A stretch of 64,000 bases of DNA from the human T2T-CHM13v2.0 reference genome, Homo sapiens. Position numbers and translations under genes: made by a program. The DNA lies in NCBI RefSeq assembly GCF_009914755.1, contig NC_060936.1. One strand, given 5' to 3'. Within the stretch, counting starts at the first letter, position 1. Each line of letters begins with the position of its first letter. Shown here in pieces: positions 55,403 through 64,000 of this stretch. The notes below the pieces were generated by a model. That model saw only the letters and a list, made by a program, of their open reading frames with translations, was not told where the DNA came from and did no database searches.

Positions 55403-57262
55403 TCTACTGACCTTTCTTTATATGTTACTTAAATACTACTTGAAAAGTTATCAAACTGAGATAATTTTCTTTCCACTTTTCTTATTAATTTATATTTTAG
55501 TAAGTAAAAATAAAGTGTTTTCCTTAAACAATTGACTTTTCTAACCTAGTAAATTATAAGGCCCATTAATGTTTCTTTAATACTTTGTATTCCCAAAAAG
55601 GAAAATCTTAATGTAATAAATGATTTTGTTGCAATATTTTATCAGTTATACTTCTAAAGACTGATCAGCTTATACATTTATAGACTGATAAAAATAATTT
55701 TAAAATAAATTTCTTCCCAGTACAAATGGAGATTGGCTTTACAACGTTACTCATATTCTCGATGTATCCTTTAAATTCCTTTACAACATTTGTATTACAG
55801 TTTATAATTTACAAATTATTAATAGTTGCTGTGTTACTTAATTGTTACCACAATTCTCTGAAGTGGATGTCAGTAATGTTATTTCATGGAAAAAGACACT
55901 TTAGCTCAGAATTGAAGGTCACGTAGCTGGTAAGGGTTGAGGGGCCCTCAAGTTGGTTCCTCCACCGCGAGCCCGCAGATCTTTGTCCATACCCGGGCAA
56001 TTTCAAAGCCATGTCAGTACTTTTGTTAAAACACCTGTTTGTACTGCTTTTACAAATCCCTTATAAGCACACACTAATTAGGAAATCATATCCTTTATAG
56101 AAAATGGCCAAGACGTGATCCATCTTTTCCTAACCCTCTGTCTTTTTCTCAACTAGGCACTAGTAAGCATCTTGTATGAAACTGAAAAAGTACTACACTT
56201 TTTGGGTTATAACAAAGCAAGGTTATTTTCATCTCTAACAGTTCCTGGCTGATCACCGTGTTCCATGCCACAGAAAAGCCTTTAATTCCTTTAAACAACG
56301 TACTGAAGCCAAGAATTAGCATTCTTTCTGGCTGAATTGCAACTGCACACAGGTTGGCCTCTCATTTTTACAACAATGTTTTCATTAGGTCAGCTGAAAG
56401 GCTGACTTCTCTGAATGCAAAGTGAGAAACAGACAAGGAAGAGGAGTTTGAGCAAGAAATAATCTCTAGTGAGTCCCTTGTGTACATTTTCTCAAATTTT
56501 AAATAGTAAGTTTATTCTTATGTGCAATCAAGGACTATTTATTTTTATTTTATTATACATAAGAATCTTTTATTTGTATGTTATTGCATATGTTCATATA
56601 TAAACATATATGTTTACATGTTCTTTCAAACTCTGGTGGTGTCCCCAAAACAGTGTGCTGTGATGATCAGCATGAACCAATCATCCCAAAGCAGGGTCTA
56701 CAGAAGGTCTGAGTGGGTATAATTGCTTTCTAGTGGCAATTCATTATTGCAAATTACAAAGTCAGATATACCATAGTGCATCTGTGTGGAATTATAAAGT
56801 ATTCATTATTGTTATTTTCATTCCTAGATTCAACATGCTTTAAAAAAAACATAAAATAAAAATAAGCAGAATAATTCTATGAAGATGAATTTTAGTAGTT
56901 GTAAACAATATATCTTTTTTTCTGAAACACATGAGCAATTGATTTTTATTAGTGGGAGGGGAAGAATAACATTGCACTAAATTCAATCTTCTGATAAACA
57001 TGATGTTAATGTTATTAAATATCATAGCCAATTGTAATTATTTTGGAAACAAGAGCAGACTATGAAGTGCATCTTGTGTTTGCCCATGGCCAACAATTAA
57101 AATTCAATTTATACAGGAGAAAAAAATAAATACATTATAGATTTGGTGTTTAATGATATTTATTCTGACATTTATGAACTGAACTCTAGTATGTTTCAAT
57201 TAACCCAGTGTAAGAGGAAACAACCAGCAATGTGAGGGCTTATTTAGTTAGATACAGTGCAT

Positions 57263-57443
57263 AGGAACTTGTCTTCATTTAAAATTTTTGTGTTTTGTTC
57301 ATCATGAATTTTTGCATCAATTTTGCTGCTTTAGGATATTGCATTAAAATATTATTTATCTTTATTAGGGATTTTTTTTGGAGTTCCCTTAAATTTTGCA
57401 CCTGAGGCAAGTGCCTTATTGTTTCATCCTGGTCCTGGCCCTG
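57263..57443 (-). mobile_element. MER96/MER96B hAT fragment
   Basis: TTGTTCATCATG...ATATTGCATTAAAATATTATTTATC...CCCTTAAATTTTGCACCTGAGGCAAGTGCC...CCTGGCCCTG. Confidence 0.75.
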
Positions 57444-60400
57444 TACTGTTTAGATATTTTAAAGGCAATAATAAATTGTAATATTTATAGAAATATACCT
57501 CTAGGAAAGGTTTCATCCTTGGCCCAGTAATTAGTTATGTGTAAATATCTCTAACAGAACATTATTAAAAATAAAAAACGGGAAACATATGTAGAGAGGA
57601 GAAGACCTAAGGGCCTATGAACTCTGTTGCAGAGAAGTGAGAAGAGAGTTCTGTTAGGTTGTTTTGCACTCAGGCACAGTGTTCTTTTGACAGGTAGTGA
57701 AACAAAAACTGTAACCCTATTGAGATTGGAGGAGCTCTATAGCCTTAGTCATGCCAAGCTTTGTATTTTGTTAAATACTACCAAATCCCTCTTTATAAAG
57801 CAATCAACTTTTTTTAGCACCTCAGAGTATGCCACTGTTACCTGGAAAGAGGGGGTTCCTTGGAGAATAAATTGGCAGTCTTTGTAACCTCAGTTATTCT
57901 GGAGAGGCATTCACCAAATCAGTGATCCAGAGAAAGAACAGCCCTCAGGCCCAGGGTTGCATTCAGAAAATTTTCAGAGGAAATCATTAAAATCTCTTTG
58001 AGTCTTTTCTAAAGGGCCAACTTAGATGCAATATTATCTGGAACTGGAAATAAAACTAGCACTAGAATAATAAAATTTTCAGTAATAAAGCATATATAAA
58101 TGGAATCAGAACATTTCTATGGTAAACTTTTGTTAAAATACAGCCATTAGATTTTCATATGCATGGATGTGTGTATATGTGCATGTGTGTGAATGTGTGT
58201 ATTTTCAATGCTTTAGGTATTGAAGCCATGAAAAGAATTAGTAAAGGGTGTATATATAGCCTATACCAATTCACATATTGGGTTCAAATAGGAATTTTAG
58301 AGTCTAGATGCCATATAAGGAATACATAAAGCTTAACATATAATATGCCATTAACAAAAATATAATCACAAATATTTCTAAAATGTGTATAAAGAGGGGA
58401 TGATCAGAGATTGTGCAAGAGACTGAGACTGGCCTGACTTGATTCATGCTTTTTCTGTTACGTGAACTTTATTGGATAGTCTAAAGCACATGGTATATGC
58501 AAAATAATAAATATAAAATATGAAGCTATTACATTTTACTAGTGACAATGAAATAAGCAGGGGCGGGTGCATTATGAAACTAATGAGGTGGAAACTCCCT
58601 TATTAGTGTTTCAATTTTAATTCATTGTTTTCCAATCCTGTGAGCTGAGTCTTGCTTTGCTTATTGAGTCAGAAACCTCAGTGCATTTTCATTTGTTCAT
58701 AATTATAGTCTGTCCATGTACTAAAGAAGCCTGCTCTAAGAGAAACCCAGGAAATAAATTCAATAGGATCTCATGAAACTTTTAGAATATTCTAATAAGA
58801 AATCACATTAGACATAAATTTAATTCTGCTACAATTAGAGAAAAGATTGAGGCTTGTGAAAGCTTGTTGAATTAGGATCACACTCAGAGAGTATTAGAAT
58901 CTGGGCTAGAACCATTTCTCAGGCTTGCAAACTAAAATTCTTTTCTTCATATCAGTCTGTCATCCTGTATTCTTTCCATGAATGGTCACTATGTATATTT
59001 TTTACTTTGGCTTTAGGATAATTTGCCGAGAAGCTTAATTTTGAAGTAAAATAAAGTCAATGTCTAGTGTTATTTATTTCTTTTATAATGTTGTTCTTGC
59101 AAATATTCTGCTAGATATGGGAAACTCTACATATTTAAGAGGGATATGTTCTTATTTAGACAGCCCAGACAGAGGAAACCTGACTATTTATCTAATCTGT
59201 GCTGATGCAGAAAGTCCTCAATTCAGGATTAGTCAATGATAGTGTAAATAAGTGGGAAAGATATGTATTGCTGCTTTCATGAGCAACTGAGCTGCAGAAT
59301 TAATAAGCACAATAGGCACCTATAAGCTGTGGGTTGCCTATGGCCCTACCCAAGGAGAACGGCCAGTTGTAAAATTGGTTAGGGTGGGTGGTGTATTTAT
59401 GAGGTGTCCAAAAAATAAAATATGAGATCTATTATAATTATTTGGTAATACTAATTATTTAATAATATCAATTTTATATGATTTTTAATTTTTGTTTAAA
59501 AGACAATTTAAATGGTCTTGATCTGCACCCTCTTCCTTAATGCTATGCCGAGGGAAATACACACATAGCAATTTGGACAGAACACATGGCAAGTGGCAGA
59601 GGAGGATTAGAATCTAAGTCTCCAGGGCTCCTGGCTCCTTAGATTTCTCAGAAAATTATGCTTGTAACTTTATATGGTCAAGTAAATTTACTGGAGGAGA
59701 AATCTGGTTATCCAGATACTGGAATACTAATTTTGGCTTCACCTCCAACCCTTCATATAAACTTTTTTCTCATATTTATTTCTTATCTGCAAAATAATAT
59801 ACTGCAGATGTTATATGGAATTGTGAATTATTCACATAATTCGGAATAAAGTTGTTTCTAAATTGCCTTCAAGTATTTGTGCTTTAAAGATAAATTATTT
59901 TTTATCCATGTGGTACAAGTAAAAAGCAAAAAGAACATGAACTTTCTTTGGCTGAAGCAATCACGCTCATTTGTTTGTCATCACATATTGTGTCTTATCA
60001 CAATGTAATAGATGACTTCCATAGTAAGTTACCTAGAGGAATTTTAATTATAATATGAGAAGTTAAAGCCAGAGAATAAAGAATTAAAATCTAATCTGGT
60101 ATTAAAACTAAGAAGAAGCAAAATAGAGGGGAGATATTAATACTTGCCACAGCGTTATAAGTTTGAAAGATTAACTTTATACCTATACCTGTACAATTTT
60201 TGCCATGTTTTCTCTTACCCAGTAATTCAATACTGTAAGTTGAGTATTTAGGCTTATGAAAAATAAATATAAGTATCATTCTGTACCTTGATAATTTCAA
60301 AATGAATATTGAGCTGATGTTGGGAAGGCATTGAATATATCTTAACAGGACAATCAGATGATTATGGCTGTGACATAAGAATGTTTCTCTGGAATCAATG

Positions 60401-61282
60401 TGCCAGATAAACTGGAAAAGGAGGCTAATTAAAAAGTTGTTGTAATTGTCTAAGCAATAGAAAGAAGGGCTTCATTAGCATGGGGACAGTGAGACTAAAA
60501 AGATTGTAGACCCCATTAAAATTGCCACTTCACATGCTGTTAATTTCTATGGGAAGTGGAACTAAAATGCACTGTGTCAAGCTCAGGTAAGTGGAAAAGA
60601 AGTATACATATCGTGTGTGCGAATATATATCGTGGATTGGATATACGCACATTGGATATACATATATTCCAAACTTTTGTAACTAATCTTAGATAGGCAA
60701 ATGTGTATAAACTTTGCTTTGGTTGATATATTAGTTCTTTTAAAAATTCATGCAATATATCCACCATATGTTGACTCTAATATTAATGTTTCTGTCAAAT
60801 AACACCTTCAAATAAGTTTAAACTCCATAAAAATTAATACCTGAGTTAAAGACAACTGAATTCCATATTTGTTTTATGAGACAAAGTGCTGATAAAACAC
60901 TCTATGTAAGCCTGTAGCCTACTCCTTTTCTGCTCTGACTGGCTTGGCACTTTTCGTTTTAGAAAACGATAGTTAAGTCGTTTTAGTTTTAATTTTACAT
61001 TCATCCTGTACAACAGTGAGGATTCAGACATTTTTCCATCCTTTCAAATTCTCAAAACCTATATTTATTTTTAAAAATATAAGAATAGATGTGTAAACCT
61101 AGGAAATGATTTTAATATACATAGTTAACATTTCATTGACTTTCATATGTTAAATCTGTGCTGTGTGAGCAGCAGGAAGCTACAGAGACTTCCGAAAACA
61201 AAACAAAACAGTGTTAGCTTTATGATAGTGCTCAGCATTCTTCACTTTAAACAATGTTTTTCTGACCTCTGACCAGAAACTG

Positions 61283-61321
61283 TATATATATATATATATA
61301 TATACACATATATATATATAT
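61283..61321. repeat. (TA)n microsatellite
   Basis: TATATATA...CACATATATA. Confidence 0.9.
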
Positions 61322-62437
61322 GTTGCTATTCTAAGTACTTTCTGGCAAGTGTGAGCTGTTATCCCTGTTCTTAACAAGCAAATTTTGCACAAAAATTAGA
61401 GCATATTTCCAAAGCAATGTATCAGCAAACATTAGTTTACATTATATATAATTGTTAGAAGCATATCTTTAGTATTGGACACAGAACTCCAGATATGATC
61501 TCGTCAAATGCAATTTTCATGGAACTTATTTTTGTCAGCACACTTACCATCTTCTTTCTCTACAATTTAAGCTCAACGACGGAAAAGATGTGTTTGACTT
61601 GTTCTCATTGGTTGTCACTGTATTTGCAATGCCCTGAAGAAGCTGGAGTATAGAACAAGCTGAAGTAGGCAGACCCTCATGAGCAAAAACATGTAATTCC
61701 AAACAAGGAAGATTGTAAGATAACATAATAACTTGGTTGATATAGGTGGGACGAGTTGATCAGGGAAGAGAGAAGCTCAAAACAAATTGAAGACTACATT
61801 TTTTTTTGTAAAATTAAGATCTGTAAGTGAGGATTGGTGACAAAAGGAAGGAGCCTCATATTTGAAAGAGCTCCTCAGAAGGTTGCCAAGTAGTGTGGGG
61901 TTTGTATTGTTGGAAAGGCTCTCTAAGGAAGGCAGTCACGATTGTGATGTCTAAAGAGAATTTCAAAGACTGGATTCATCTCTGAATGTTTAAGGGAAGA
62001 CATCGATCTATCAGTAGTTCAATTATTCATGAGAGGGAAATTTGCAATCTCACAAGACAGCACATATTTAAAGAATGATTATAGAAAATATATGTGATCT
62101 GATGAGAGTCTCCTCCAAGGAGAGAAAAACTAATGGTGATTGTCAACTTTCATGAATATTTTAACAAATAAATAAACTCAATGTGATAAAGTCTGCTTTA
62201 TAACGTATTCTACTGCTTCCTCTCCAGTGTAATTTCATGAATAACTACAGAAATCACACACTTAACTCTCATCTCAATATATAATTTAGCTATTATTGAA
62301 TCTTCTTGCACTAAGAGAACATTTAAATTATGCTTTTAGTCTTCTACTTTTGGCCTTTTTTTTTTATTACCTTTCTCTAGTTTTTTAAAATCAAAGTTTA
62401 CTAAAATATTTAAAAGAGAAATTAGAGCAACTAAGTC

Positions 62438-62730
62438 TTTTTAAATTTTTTATTAGTATGGTTAAATAATAGTTGTACATATTTATAAGGTACATGTGAT
62501 ACTTTGATATAAGTATACAATATGTAATGATTAAATAAGGATAATAGAGTTATCCATCATCTCAAGTATTTATCATTTCTTTGTATTTGGAGCATTCCAA
62601 TTCAACTGGCTTAATTTAAAATGTACAATAAATTATTGTTAATTTTGGTCACTCTTTTTTGCTACTGAACACCCGCTCTTATTCCTTCTATCTTACTATA
62701 TTTTTGTACCCATTAACCATCCCCTCTTTA
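62438..62730 (-). mobile_element. L1MA-type 3' end
   Basis: AATAATAGTTGTACATATTTATAAGGTACATGTGATA...TATCCATCATCTCAAGTATTTATCATTTCTTTG...TTGTACCCATTAACCATCCC. Confidence 0.8.
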
Positions 62731-63884
62731 TTGTTCTTTCTAATGTTTAATAGGAAAGTGGTATTTATCTTGATCTACTATATGGAGGAGAGATTTTAAA
62801 AATAACTTTAGATACTGTATTTGGAAGGAAACTAACATATTTAAATGAAGACCACAATTAAATGTTTTTAAATATAATGCATGTTTCTTTAATATAAATG
62901 AATTATATATAATGTAATGTATATTTCCTTTGGTAGATATTAATTTGGAAAAATTTTTAGGTATGAGATATAATTACCTAGAGGCCTAGAAACTTGGGTA
63001 AGTAGTTTATCTTTAGTTCTATAATTATTTTTTTCCATTATATTTTGGGTACTAAATAAATGTCTCTTTGATTACAGATCTAAGCCTGATATCCTAGTAG
63101 GGAATAACATATGTATATTAGGACTAGGCCACGGTTTATCTTTTTTTCTGTTTACTTTTTACTTCATTTGAGAAATCGTTTCTCCTAATCACAAGTAAAA
63201 TATGAACATACTTTAAGTCTGGAAATCAGCAATTCAAAAACTAAAGTGTACAAATACATAAATCCATGAGTTTAAAGAAAGACAGTAGAAAGACAGAGTT
63301 ACATAATAAATTTTGTTATGTGTAGGCACCAGCAAGTTTTTTCTTATAAATTAAGACCTAAGTTAGACACAAATAACTAAGACAATGGTGACTTGAAATG
63401 CTAGAAACATTGCGGGGTAACATTGCCAAAAACAAGTAAGCAAACAAGAAAAAGCCCCAGAGATCAATGTGAGTCAAAAACGTAGTGTAAGTAGTATGTT
63501 GTCACTGCATAGTTACTTCATGAGTCAATTACTGATATAGATAGATTTTTAATAGTATAAAACAAAAGTTTTTTGAATTATACAGTGTAGCTTATTAATT
63601 ATCCATTGTAAAAGTTACAATAGCAACTATTTAGGGCATTTGCCTCATTCCACATGATGTATGGTAATGTTATTGCAGCCCAAAGCACTGATATTTCTCT
63701 ATTATTCCTTTGTTTTAAATTTCTATTCTTTTTTATTTAAAATGGGCCACAAATTATAGTTTCTGTGTTATACTAGCCAGTGTACAGTTGGGACTCATTA
63801 CTGAGTATAGAATTCTACAACACTGTAAGACAGATAAGATCAAGAGTTCTCAACAAGAGTTGGACACATAAGATAAAAGTAAAG

Positions 63885-63970
63885 CCTTTATAACAAACCA
63901 AAATTCACTGAATTGCACACTTAAAATAGATCAGTTTTGGGGTGTGCAAATTATATATCAATAAAGTTAC
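63885..63970 (+). mobile_element. Old L1M 3'-terminal fragment
   Basis: AAAATTCACTGAATTGCACACTTAAAA...TGTGCAAATTATATATCAATAAAGTT. Confidence 0.6.
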
Positions 63971-64000
63971 TTTTTTTTCTTTTGTTTTGTTTTAAGATAG

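Noticed and set aside
63465-63530. Two nearby TGAGTCA AP-1 motifs
   Set aside because: A 7-mer occurs several times by chance in 64 kb, and there is no independent support.

Overview
AT-rich, CpG-depleted primate (almost certainly human) genomic DNA, intergenic or deep-intronic. I can support no intact protein-coding gene, RNA gene, CpG island or prokaryotic system. The only gene-derived sequence is an old, intronless, disabled processed pseudogene of METAP1 (methionine aminopeptidase 1; ~16441-18645, + strand). It retains part of the 5'UTR, the CDS remnant and ~1 kb of 3'UTR, and is inserted inside a decayed L1M. Much of the rest is interspersed repeats: about 13 Alu/FLAM pieces, a truncated L1PA3-like 3' end, a 5'-inverted L1PA, old L1M/L2/MIR fragments, solo LTRs (THE1 x3, MST x2, MLT1, MLT2A1, MER4E, MER50, MER67-like, LTR54/MER39-like x2) and DNA-transposon fossils (MER5, ORSL, MER53, MER2, MER96, MADE1/2). 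The most notable structural oddities are an AT-rich fold-back palindrome cluster (14551-14800), an internally inverted MST LTR, a 74-bp tandem duplication, a two-Alu composite inside one TSD, and a DUX4-type motif in MLT2A1. Repeat subfamily names come from recalled consensus sequences, not from a RepeatMasker run; boundaries of old repeats are approximate. I found no convincing previously undescribed biological system.
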